46,124 nucleotides of DNA, taken from NCBI GenBank assembly GCA_964501525.1, contig CAZCSI010000002.1:1-46124 (forward strand). The letters run 5' to 3'. Below, in pieces: positions 9,342 through 17,921 of this stretch (the first letter of the stretch is position 1; each line of letters opens with the position of its first letter). The DNA is from an uncultured Candidatus Saccharibacteria bacterium (GTDB taxonomy: Bacteria; Patescibacteriota; Minisyncoccia; Minisyncoccales; CAYTKG01). The translations under genes were made by a program, and so were the position numbers. The notes below the pieces were generated by a model. The model saw only the letters and a program-made list of their open reading frames with translations. It was not told the origin of the DNA and made no database searches.

Positions 9342-9430
9342 TAAAGGTTAATAAAAACTAAACGAATAATAACCAACTAAAGTGTTTTGCCGAAACCTAT
9401 GGGAATCATACGGAGGAGGCAAAGAAAAAT

Positions 9431-9868
9431 ATGGCTTTAGTACCAAGAAAACCATTTTGGGAGTTAGAAAAATTCTTTGAGGAGTGGCCGGAGTGGCCCG
9501 GATTGGAGCTGATGAGTACTCCTTCCAGAAGAACTCCGCGCATGGATGTTTACGAAGAAGAAGGAAAGGTGGTGGTTGAGGCGGAGCTTCCCGGACTGAA
9601 AGCGGAGGAGATCGATGTCAATATCAAGGACAACATGCTTACGGTCAAAGCGGAAAGAAAACAAGAAAAAGAGGAAAAGAAGAAAGGATATTACCGCAGG
9701 GAGATGAGCCGCGGGTTCTACTCTCGAGCCGTTGCTTTGCCGGCCGAGGTGGAGGAGGAGAAAGCTGAAGCAAAATGCAAAGACGGGGTGTTGACGGTCA
9801 GAGTTCCCAAGAAAAAAGAAGCAAAGAAGAAGAGCGAAGGTAAGAAGATTAAAGTAAAAAAAGAGTAA
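9431..9868 (+). CDS. Hsp20/alpha-crystallin family small heat shock protein
   Basis: MDVYEEEGKVVVEAELPGLKAEEIDVNIKDNMLTVKAER...FYSRAVALPAEV...DGVLTVRVPK fits the family. A strong SD (GGAGGAGG) lies upstream. Confidence 0.9.
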   Translation: MALVPRKPFWELEKFFEEWPEWPGLELMSTPSRRTPRMDVYEEEGKVVVEAELPGLKAEEIDVNIKDNMLTVKAERKQEKEEKKKGYYRREMSRGFYSRAVALPAEVEEEKAEAKCKDGVLTVRVPKKKEAKKKSEGKKIKVKKE

Positions 9869-9869
9869 T

Positions 9870-11762
9870 ATGGCTAAGATTATAGGTATTGACCTGGGTA
9901 CTACTTTTTCCGCAGCAGCAGCTGTTGAAACCGGAGAACCCAGGATTATAGAAAGCAGTGAAGGAGAAAGGACGACTCCTTCGGTTGTAGCTATCTCCAA
10001 ATCGGGAGAAAGATTGGTGGGCCGCTTGGCTCGGAGGCAGCAGATTACCAACCCTGAAAACACCATTTTTGCGGTTAAGCGTTTGATGGGAAGGCGTTTT
10101 GACGACCCTGTGGTTCAGGAAAACAAAGATAAGCTTGCTTACGATATTAGAAAAGCAGACAACGGAGGGATAGAGGTGAAGATGGGCGATAAGTGGTTCA
10201 AGCCGCCTGAGATCTCGGCCATGATACTTCAGAAGATTAAAAAAGACGTGGAGAGCAAGCTCGGTCAGAAGGTGGAGGAAGCGGTTATTACCTGCCCCGC
10301 CTATTTTGACAACTCTCAGCGTAAAGCGACCAAGGTGGCCGGAGAGATTGCCGGATTCAAGGTTAAAAGGGTTTTTAACGAGCCCACTGCTGCCGCTCTG
10401 GCTTACGGATTAACCCGGAAAAAAGACGAAAAGATCGTAGTTTACGATTTGGGAGGAGGAACTTTTGACATCTCTGTACTGGAAACAGGCGAGGATACCG
10501 TGGAGGTGGTGGCTACCGGAGGAGATATGTGGCTCGGAGGGGAGGATTTTGACAATGAGGTTATGAACTGGGTCATTGATAAGTTCAAGAAAGGCGAAGG
10601 CATAGATTTAAGTCAAGACAAGTTGGCCAAGCAGAGGATAAAAGAAGCCTCTGAAAAAGCCAAGATAGAGCTTTCCACGAGGCAGAAAACAGATATCAAC
10701 CTTCCCTTTATCACCTCGGACGACCAAGGGCCGAAGCATCTGGATTACACTTTAAGCCGCGCCAAACTGGAAGAGTTGGTGGATGAACATGTTGACCGCT
10801 CCTTTAATCTGGTTGAAAAAACCCTTAAAGAAGCCAACATTAAGCCGGAGGAGATAGACGATGTTATTTTGGTCGGCGGGCAGAGCAGAATGCCTAAAAT
10901 TAAAGAAAGAGTGAGAGAGATTTTCGGCCAGGAGCCGAATCAAGAGATTAATCCGGATGAGGTGGTAGCGATAGGCGCAGCGGTGCAGGCCGGTATTTTT
11001 GGAGGAGAGATGAAGGATGTTCTACTCTTGGATGTAACACCTCTTTCTCTGGGTATTGAAACCTTGGGCGGGGTGAACATCGTTCTGATTCCCAAAAACA
11101 CCACTATACCGACCTCTAAGAAAAAGGTTTTCTCTACAGCAGCGGACAATCAGACCTCGGTGGAGATACATGTGGTTCAGGGGGAAAGGGCTATGGCCAG
11201 GGACAACAAAACACTGGGCCGCTTTATTCTGGAAGGGATCCCTCCCGCTCCCCGCGGTGTTCCCCAGGTAGAGGTGGAGTTCGATATTGACGCCAACGGA
11301 ATACTTAATGTTTCCGCCAAGGACAAAGCAACAAGCAAGTCGCAATCAATCAGAATTGAAGGCTCTTCGGGGCTGGCAAAAGAGGAGGTGGAAAAAATGA
11401 AAAGAGAAGCGGATAAACACGCTAAAGAAGACGAGAGAAAGAGAAAATTGGCCGAAGCTCAGAATAAAGCGGATACTCTGATTTACAGTTCAGAAAAATC
11501 ATTAAGAGAAATGGGGGATAAGATAGACCGAGAGCTCAAGAACAAAATAGAACAGAGAATAAAAGAGGTAAAGAAGGTCAGAGAGAGCGAGGACCCGGAG
11601 GAGATAGAAAAAGCGGTAAGCTCTTTGTCAGATCTGGTTCAAAAGATAGGGGCGCAGATGTATCAGCAAAAGTCTCAAAAGGAGAACCCCGGAAAAGGGT
11701 CGCAAGAGCAAGCTTCGGAGGCCGAAGAAGGAGAGTACGAAGAGAAAAAAGATGATGAATAA
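9870..11762 (+). CDS. dnaK: molecular chaperone DnaK (Hsp70)
   Basis: IGIDLGTTFS, DLGGGTFDIS and VILVGGQSRMPKI are present over a full-length 630 aa. Confidence 0.97.
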   Translation: MAKIIGIDLGTTFSAAAAVETGEPRIIESSEGERTTPSVVAISKSGERLVGRLARRQQITNPENTIFAVKRLMGRRFDDPVVQENKDKLAYDIRKADNGGIEVKMGDKWFKPPEISAMILQKIKKDVESKLGQKVEEAVITCPAYFDNSQRKATKVAGEIAGFKVKRVFNEPTAAALAYGLTRKKDEKIVVYDLGGGTFDISVLETGEDTVEVVATGGDMWLGGEDFDNEVMNWVIDKFKKGEGIDLSQDKLAKQRIKEASEKAKIELSTRQKTDINLPFITSDDQGPKHLDYTLSRAKLEELVDEHVDRSFNLVEKTLKEANIKPEEIDDVILVGGQSRMPKIKERVREIFGQEPNQEINPDEVVAIGAAVQAGIFGGEMKDVLLLDVTPLSLGIETLGGVNIVLIPKNTTIPTSKKKVFSTAADNQTSVEIHVVQGERAMARDNKTLGRFILEGIPPAPRGVPQVEVEFDIDANGILNVSAKDKATSKSQSIRIEGSSGLAKEEVEKMKREADKHAKEDERKRKLAEAQNKADTLIYSSEKSLREMGDKIDRELKNKIEQRIKEVKKVRESEDPEEIEKAVSSLSDLVQKIGAQMYQQKSQKENPGKGSQEQASEAEEGEYEEKKDDE

Positions 11763-11790
11763 CCAGTGCTTAACAAGGAGCAGCGGATAA

Positions 11791-12870
11791 ATGGCTAAGG
11801 ATTATTACAATGTTTTAGGGGTGGACAAACGCGCTTCCAGAGATGAGATAAAAAAAGCCTATTACAAGCTGGCTCACAAGCATCATCCGGACAAGGGCGG
11901 AGACGAAAAGAAATTCAAGGAGATAAACGAGGCTTATCAGGTTCTTTCTGATGCTGATAAAAGGAAGCAGTATGATCAGTTCGGCCGGACTTTTGAAAGA
12001 GACGGGCCTGGATTTGGTGACAGGCCCTTTACCGGTTTTTCTGATTTTTCCGATTTTTCCGAATGGGGCGGTATGGGGTTTGACTTGGGTGACATATTCG
12101 GCGATTTTTACAGCAGAGGCAGAAGCAGAAAAGAGGCGGGAAAAGGGGAAGACATAAGAATTGATATAGAGCTCGAGTTGGAAGAAACTCTGGACGAAAC
12201 TGTTAAGCAAATCATTCTGCAGAAGTATGTTGTCTGCCAACGCTGCGAGGGCAGCGGAGCAGAACCGGGTACAGAGATAAAAGAGTGTCCTACCTGCGAA
12301 GGACAAGGAACCGTGCAGGAGGTCAGAAAAACCTTTTTAGGCACTATTGCCCACACTACCCTTTGCCCTCAGTGCCAAGGCCAGGGACAAAAACCGAAAG
12401 AACCGTGTAATGTGTGCGGCGGCGAAGGGCGGATAAAAGAAAAAGATGAAATAAGGGTCGGCATTCCGGCCGGTGTGGACCACAACCAAATGTTAAAACT
12501 TCAGGGCCAAGGTAACGCAGGAAAAAGAAAGGCCCGGGCCGGCGATCTTTATGTCAGAGTTTTTATCAAAAAACATCCTCGTTTCGAGAGAAGAGGCGAT
12601 GACTTGTACGCGAATAAAAAAATACCTTTTTCTTTAGCCGCGCTGGGCGGGAAAGTTGACATTAAAACCTTGGGAGACGGAACCATTGAACTTAAGGTGC
12701 CCCGGGGCACTGCTTCAGGCAAGGTTTTCCGTATCTCAGGCAAAGGCATCCCTCATTTCAAAAGAGGAGGCCGAGGCAACCTTTACCTTAAACTGAAGGT
12801 TGATATCCCCAAGCGTCTTTCCCGCAAGCAAAAAGAACTTGTCAAAAAAATGAATCAAGAAGGGTTGTAA
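11791..12870 (+). CDS. dnaJ: co-chaperone DnaJ
   Basis: The J domain carries HPD (KHHPDKGG). A G/F region follows, then four CxxCxGxG repeats ([32 protein letters not shown]). Confidence 0.95.
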   Translation: MAKDYYNVLGVDKRASRDEIKKAYYKLAHKHHPDKGGDEKKFKEINEAYQVLSDADKRKQYDQFGRTFERDGPGFGDRPFTGFSDFSDFSEWGGMGFDLGDIFGDFYSRGRSRKEAGKGEDIRIDIELELEETLDETVKQIILQKYVVCQRCEGSGAEPGTEIKECPTCEGQGTVQEVRKTFLGTIAHTTLCPQCQGQGQKPKEPCNVCGGEGRIKEKDEIRVGIPAGVDHNQMLKLQGQGNAGKRKARAGDLYVRVFIKKHPRFERRGDDLYANKKIPFSLAALGGKVDIKTLGDGTIELKVPRGTASGKVFRISGKGIPHFKRGGRGNLYLKLKVDIPKRLSRKQKELVKKMNQEGL

Positions 12871-12914
12871 TGGACACAGGTTATGGCTATAATAGTGAAG
12901 GTTCGTCAAAAAAG

Positions 12915-12930
12915 TTTCGTTTAAACGAAA
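12915..12930. repeat. perfect 16-bp palindrome TTTCGTTTAAACGAAA
   Basis: The sequence is self-complementary as read directly. It lies between the dnaJ stop and tRNA-Lys. Confidence 0.9.
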
Positions 12931-12945
12931 ACGTATCCCTTTATC

Positions 12946-12968
12946 AGCCCTGATAATGTATCAGGGCT
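12946..12968 (+). repeat. perfect 10-bp stem hairpin (AGCCCTGATA-atg-TATCAGGGCT)
   Basis: This inverted repeat was read directly. No T-tract follows it, and it ends 8 nt before the tRNA 5' end. Confidence 0.85.
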
Positions 12969-12976
12969 TAGGGAGC

Positions 12977-13050
12977 GCGCCCGTAGCTCAGCTTGGTAGA
13001 GCAACAGCCTTTTAAGCTGATGGCCGCAGGTTCAAATCCTGCCGGGCGCA
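12977..13050 (+). tRNA. tRNA-Lys (anticodon UUU)
   Basis: A manual cloverleaf fits: acceptor GCGCCCG/CGGGCGC, D arm GCTC/GAGC, anticodon loop CTTTTAA, T arm GCAGG-TTCAAAT-CCTGC and discriminator A. No CCA is encoded. Confidence 0.85.
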
Positions 13051-13072
13051 CAATCAATTTTGGATGAACACA

Positions 13073-13100
13073 AGGGGACCGGCCCCTGTATTTTGTTTTT
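13073..13100 (+). terminator. putative rho-independent terminator after tRNA-Lys
   Basis: AGGGG-accgg-CCCCT is followed by GTATTTTGTTTTT. Confidence 0.45.
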
Positions 13101-13149
13101 ACACCTTTTATTTTTAAGAATATTTTGTGTATAATGATGCCAAGAAGGT

Positions 13150-14355
13150 ATGAGAAAAAGCATTAAAAAGAGGTTGCTCTTTGTTTTTGGAGGGGCCATT
13201 ACGGCCACCGCTATTTTTTTAACCGGCCTTTATATCGGACAAGCAAGAATAAGCTGCGAAGTGTGCCCACCTCAAGATATCGATTTTTCTCTTTTTTGGG
13301 AGAGTTATCAAGTTTTGAAAAACAAGTACGTGGCTCCCGGAGAAATAAAAGAAGAAGATATCCTTTACGGCGCCATTTCGGGTATGATTGAAGCCGTGGG
13401 CGACCCTCACACCGTATTTATGAGACCGGACGATACCAATCGTTTTCTGGAAGACATCTCCGGCAAGTTCGAAGGGGTGGGGATGGAGATCGGTATAAGG
13501 GAGGAGCAGCTGCAGGTTGTAGCTCCTTTGGAAGGAACCCCGGCTCAGAAAGCAGGGTTGAGGGCCGGCGACAGAATACTGGCTGTGGACGGAGAGTCAA
13601 CCGCAAATTTTAACTTGGAAGAAGCGGTTTCAAAAATAAGGGGGCCCAGAGGAAGCGAGGTGGTGTTGACCATAGGCCGGGAGGCTTGGGAAAAACCGCA
13701 GGAGATTTCAGTGATCAGAGATGTGATCAATGTTCCTTCTTTGCGCTGGGAGCTTGTTAACCAAGAAGGAGAACCGGATAATGAAGGAACCATTGCTTAT
13801 GTTAAGTTTTATAACTTTACGGAAAAAGTAGGTGTTGATTGGGCTGCGGCTGCGGTCCGGATTTTTAACTCTCCAGCCGATAGAATTATTCTGGATCTGA
13901 GAAACAACCCGGGCGGTTACTTGGAGATGGCGCGCAATTTAGCCGGCTATTTTATAAAAAGGGGAGAGGTGGTGGTGATTGAGGATACGGGAGAAGAGCA
14001 AAAAGAATTCAGGGCGCAGGGCCAGCCTTTATTCTTGGACTATCCGATAGTGGTTTTAATTAATCAGGGCAGCGCTTCGGCATCAGAGATTTTAGCCGGG
14101 GCCCTGCGGGACAACAGGGGGGTGCAGCTGACAGGTGAAACCTCTTTTGGTAAGGGTTCGGTTCAGTCCTTGGAAACTTTGAGCAAGGGGGCTTCTTTAA
14201 AAGTGACTATAGCCCGCTGGCTGACTCCAAAAGGGGAGACTATAGAGGACAGCGGCTTGGAGCCGGATGTCGAGGTTGAGTTTACGGAAGAGGCCTATTC
14301 ATCTGAACGCGACCCTCAGTTGGAAAAGGCGGTGGAGATGGTAAAAGAACTTTAG
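13150..14355 (+). CDS. S41-family C-terminal processing peptidase with PDZ domain
   Basis: It has an N-terminal TM anchor, the PDZ-like segment GTPAQKAGLRAGDRILAVDG, and S41 core motifs LRNNPGGY and NQGSASASEI. Confidence 0.85.
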   Translation: MRKSIKKRLLFVFGGAITATAIFLTGLYIGQARISCEVCPPQDIDFSLFWESYQVLKNKYVAPGEIKEEDILYGAISGMIEAVGDPHTVFMRPDDTNRFLEDISGKFEGVGMEIGIREEQLQVVAPLEGTPAQKAGLRAGDRILAVDGESTANFNLEEAVSKIRGPRGSEVVLTIGREAWEKPQEISVIRDVINVPSLRWELVNQEGEPDNEGTIAYVKFYNFTEKVGVDWAAAAVRIFNSPADRIILDLRNNPGGYLEMARNLAGYFIKRGEVVVIEDTGEEQKEFRAQGQPLFLDYPIVVLINQGSASASEILAGALRDNRGVQLTGETSFGKGSVQSLETLSKGASLKVTIARWLTPKGETIEDSGLEPDVEVEFTEEAYSSERDPQLEKAVEMVKEL

Positions 14356-14386
14356 GATTACAAGAAGTTGTCATGAAGAAACTATT

Positions 14387-14842
14387 ATGAGAGTGATACT
14401 GTTGGAAAACGTGAAAAATGTAGGAGAGAAGTACGACATAGTGGAGGTGGCTCCCGGCTATGCACATAATTTTCTTTTTCCTAAAAAACTGGCTAAACTG
14501 GCTAATTCCGCCAATCTTAAAGAACTGGAGAGCAAAAGAAAAGATTGGCAGAAAAAGAGCCGTAAAGAATTGAAAGGACTGGAAAAAGAAATAAATAAAA
14601 TTAAAGGAACAGAGATCGTTATCAAAAAAAGAGTTAATGAAGAAGGACGTCTTTTCGGCTCCGTAGACGCCAAACAAATAAAAGAAAGCCTGGAGGAAAA
14701 AGGATTTGATATCAAAAAAGGAGAAATTGTTTTAAAGGAGCCGATCAAGGAAACAGGGGAGTGGACAATAACGATTTCCTTTCCTCACAACCTTGAAGTC
14801 GAGATTAAGCTGGTTGTAGAAAAAGTAGAAGAAGATGAGTGA
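14387..14842 (+). CDS. rplI: 50S ribosomal protein L9
   Basis: MRVILLENVKNVGEKYDIVEVAPGYAHNFLFPKKLA is the canonical L9 N-terminus. Confidence 0.9.
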   Translation: MRVILLENVKNVGEKYDIVEVAPGYAHNFLFPKKLAKLANSANLKELESKRKDWQKKSRKELKGLEKEINKIKGTEIVIKKRVNEEGRLFGSVDAKQIKESLEEKGFDIKKGEIVLKEPIKETGEWTITISFPHNLEVEIKLVVEKVEEDE

Positions 14843-16457
14843 TAAAACAAAATATATTTTCGTGGTCGGAGGTGTAATGTCAGGTATTGGAAAGGGGATC
14901 GCCACCGCCTCGATGGGCAGGATACTTCAGGACAAAGGCTACAAGGTGAGCGCCATAAAGATCGACCCTTATGTGAATGTTGACGCCGGGACAATGAATC
15001 CTGTAGAACACGGCGAGGTTTTTGTCACCGAAGACGGAATAGAATGTGATCAGGACGGCGGAAATTATGAAAGATTTTTGGATATCAATTTCTGCGATGA
15101 GAACTACATCACTACGGGCCGAGTTTATAAAACAGTCATTGAAAGAGAAAGAAGTCTGGGTTACGGGGGTAGGTGTGTGGAGGTGGTGCCCGATATACCG
15201 GACGAGGTTATTTCCCGGATAGAAAAAGTAGGGGAGAGCAATAAAGCGGATTTTGTCCTTATTGAGATCGGCGGCACTGTAGGGGAGTACCAAAATATGC
15301 TCTTTTTGGAAGCGGCCCGGATGATGAAGTTGAAAAATCCCGGAAGGGTAATTTTTGTTTTAATAAGTTACCTGCCTCTTCCGGCCACGATAGGCGAGAT
15401 GAAAACCAAGCCCACTCAGCAGGCAGCCAAATGGCTCAATATGGCTGGCATACAACCGGATATCATTTTAGCCAGGGCTTCCGTTCCCTTGGATGAACCC
15501 AGAAAGAATAAAATATCCACTTTTTGCAGCGTAGAAAGCGAAGATGTTGTTTCCGCCCCTAACGTGAAGATGGTGTATGAGGTTCCCTTGAATTTTGAAG
15601 AGGATAAGTTGGGACAAAGAATCTTGGCTAAATTTGATATGAAGCCCAAGAAAAAAGGCGGGATGGAGCAATGGAAAGGTTTTTTAGAAAAAGCAAAAAA
15701 AGCTGAGCAGACCGTGAAAGTAGGTCTGGTCGGCAAGTACTTTAAAACAGGCGATTTCGTATTAAAAGACTCTTATATCTCTGTTATTGAGGCAGTAAAG
15801 CATGCGGCGTGGCATTTGGATAAAAAACCGGAGATAAAATGGTTCTCAGCTGAGAACTATGAAAAAGACTCTTCTCTTTTAAAAGAACTTGAAGAGTGTG
15901 ATGCGGTAATTATTTTAGGCGGTTTCGGAAACCGGGGAATAGAAGGTAAAATCAAAGCTATCAATTTCTGCAGAAAAGGCAATATTCCCTGCCTCGGTCT
16001 TTGTCTGGGGCTTCAGTTGATGGTGGTAGAGTGGGCTCGTAATGTCTGCGGACTAAAAGAAGCGAACTCGGTAGAGTTCAACCCTGATACTCCTCATCCG
16101 GTTATTGACACTATGGTTGAGCAGAAGAAGCTGATCAAGAAAAACCGGTACGGCGCCACTATGAGATTGGGAAGCTACAAGTGTGAGCTTAAAAAAGGCA
16201 CCAAAGCCAGAAAAGCCTACGGCCAAAAAGAGATTTTTGAACGACACAGACACCGTTATGAAGTTAACAATAAGTACAGGGAAGTTTTAAAAGAAAAAGG
16301 TATGATAATGGCCGGCGTCAACCTCAAAAGAGACCTGGTAGAGATCGTGGAAATAAAAAAGCATCCCTTTATGGTAGGGACGCAGTTTCATCCGGAGTTT
16401 AAGTCAAGGCCTTTTCGGCCCCATCCTCTATTTTTAGCTCTGCTCAAGCAAAATTAA
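14835..16457 (+). CDS. pyrG: CTP synthase
   Basis: KYIFVVGGVMSGIGKGIATAS, the glutaminase CLGLQ cysteine and QFHPEF are present in a 540-aa protein. Confidence 0.95.
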   Translation: MSDKTKYIFVVGGVMSGIGKGIATASMGRILQDKGYKVSAIKIDPYVNVDAGTMNPVEHGEVFVTEDGIECDQDGGNYERFLDINFCDENYITTGRVYKTVIERERSLGYGGRCVEVVPDIPDEVISRIEKVGESNKADFVLIEIGGTVGEYQNMLFLEAARMMKLKNPGRVIFVLISYLPLPATIGEMKTKPTQQAAKWLNMAGIQPDIILARASVPLDEPRKNKISTFCSVESEDVVSAPNVKMVYEVPLNFEEDKLGQRILAKFDMKPKKKGGMEQWKGFLEKAKKAEQTVKVGLVGKYFKTGDFVLKDSYISVIEAVKHAAWHLDKKPEIKWFSAENYEKDSSLLKELEECDAVIILGGFGNRGIEGKIKAINFCRKGNIPCLGLCLGLQLMVVEWARNVCGLKEANSVEFNPDTPHPVIDTMVEQKKLIKKNRYGATMRLGSYKCELKKGTKARKAYGQKEIFERHRHRYEVNNKYREVLKEKGMIMAGVNLKRDLVEIVEIKKHPFMVGTQFHPEFKSRPFRPHPLFLALLKQN

Positions 16458-16489
16458 ACTTTGCTCAACCAAACAGAACCCAATACGAG

Positions 16490-16768
16490 TTACGCTGTCA
16501 CTACATTGACAATTTTAACTTTTCGTGGGCTTTTATCAAATCCCCGGATTTTTTTAGATTGGAACTTAATAACCCCGTCCGATAGGGCATAGAGGGTGTC
16601 ATCCCGGCCTCTTTTAACGTTTTTGCCAGGCATGATTTTAGTCCCGCGCTGGCGCACGATAATCTGTCCGGTCTTAACTTTTTGCCCGCCGTACAGTTTT
16701 ACACCGAGATACTTTGGTTTGGAGTCGCGGTGGCCTCCTGATGCTTTTTTAGTTTTTGTCTTTGCCAT
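16490..16768 (-). CDS. rpmA: 50S ribosomal protein L27
   Basis: [34 protein letters not shown] is canonical L27. No rplU gene is adjacent. Confidence 0.95.
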   Translation of the reverse strand: MAKTKTKKASGGHRDSKPKYLGVKLYGGQKVKTGQIIVRQRGTKIMPGKNVKRGRDDTLYALSDGVIKFQSKKIRGFDKSPRKVKIVNVVTA

Positions 16769-16800
16769 ATGATTTTTTATAACTATACGAACCTCATTAT

Positions 16801-17007
16801 ATGATTAATCTATCAGAAATAAAAGATTTTTTCAAGGAAAAAGAAAAAGAGTTGGTATTGGCCCTGATTGTCTTCCTGCTCTGTCTTTTATGTTTTGGAT
16901 TCGGCTATATCTGGGGAGTGCGCAGCCAAAAACAACCCCTGAAGTTTGAGACGACTAAGCAAGTGGACGAAACAAGATACTATTCTTTTAAGGGGTGGAA
17001 CTTGTAG
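16801..17007 (+). CDS. hypothetical small membrane protein (68 aa)
   Basis: It has a single hydrophobic helix, no recognisable family and no clear SD. It overlaps the 3' end of the recombinase gene convergently. Confidence 0.3.
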   Translation: MINLSEIKDFFKEKEKELVLALIVFLLCLLCFGFGYIWGVRSQKQPLKFETTKQVDETRYYSFKGWNL

Positions 17008-17921
17008 TGGCTTTTTCTAGCATGGCGGTCAGATATCTTTACGTACCGAGTAGTAGTATCTAAAGACTCGTGGCCAAGGAGTCGTTGGATATCAGCTGGG
17101 TTGGCACCACTTTCTGCCAGATAGGTTGCATAGGCTCTTCGAAGACCATGAGGAGTAAGAGAGACATTTAATCCTAAAAGTTCTCTATATTGTTTTGATT
17201 TTTCCTGGATGTAGTTTGCAGAAAGACTTTTGTCCTTTTTTGAAACATCGGGGCCCCGGAAAGGAATAAAGACATAGGGAGTTTCTTGTTCTCCTCGGAT
17301 TTCAAAGTAATTTTCTAGATGTTCTATTGCTCTTGGAGTAAGATAGACAAAACGTTCCTTTTGACCTTTTCCGTGAACCAAAACTCTACCGTTTTTTTCA
17401 ATATCACTCATTTTCATTTTAATAAGTTCTGAGATACGCATTCCTGTAGAGAAAAAGACTTCTAGAATGGCCCTGTTTCTTAAGGCTATTTTTTCATTTT
17501 TTTCAAACTTACTCGGGGACTCTATGAAGTCAATAACTTTTTCTAATTCAGCCACTCTGGGACTTTTAGTTGCTGTTTTGATTAATTTAACGCTTTCAGG
17601 AGAGACCGGTGTTTCATAATCCATATCTAGTAAGAATTTGAGATAAGAGCGGAGAGCAGAGATCATTCTGTTGATTGAATGACCGCTTAACTTTTTTTGA
17701 GCCGCCTCTCCTTTTGGCGTTTTTCTGTCTCGGGAAGACAAATAAGCCTTGTAATTCAGTATCGTCTTTTTATTGATGTTTTCGAAGTTGAGCTCCATCT
17801 CTTTCAGGAAGATCTTAAAAACCTCTAAATCCCTCTCATAATTATATAGAGTTTCGTCGGAGTAATTATTTGCCTTTAAATTTAGAAGAAAGTCTTCTAT
17901 AAAGGGAAGTTCTATGCTCAT
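16980..17921 (-). CDS. tyrosine recombinase (XerC/XerD/integrase family), catalytic residues intact
   Basis: It has a SAM-like N-domain. Catalytic elements are present: TGMRISEL (Arg I), HGKGQKER (Lys), TPHGLRRAYAT (His-x-x-Arg) and LLGHESLDTTTRYV (His II, Tyr). Confidence 0.9.
   Translation of the reverse strand: MSIELPFIEDFLLNLKANNYSDETLYNYERDLEVFKIFLKEMELNFENINKKTILNYKAYLSSRDRKTPKGEAAQKKLSGHSINRMISALRSYLKFLLDMDYETPVSPESVKLIKTATKSPRVAELEKVIDFIESPSKFEKNEKIALRNRAILEVFFSTGMRISELIKMKMSDIEKNGRVLVHGKGQKERFVYLTPRAIEHLENYFEIRGEQETPYVFIPFRGPDVSKKDKSLSANYIQEKSKQYRELLGLNVSLTPHGLRRAYATYLAESGANPADIQRLLGHESLDTTTRYVKISDRHARKSHYKFHPLKE

Noticed and set aside
9464-10066. 200-aa minus-strand ORF
   Set aside because: It is entirely antisense to hsp20 and the dnaK 5' end, which have unambiguous homology. 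Its sequence is low-complexity and Phe/Leu-rich, typical of a shadow ORF.
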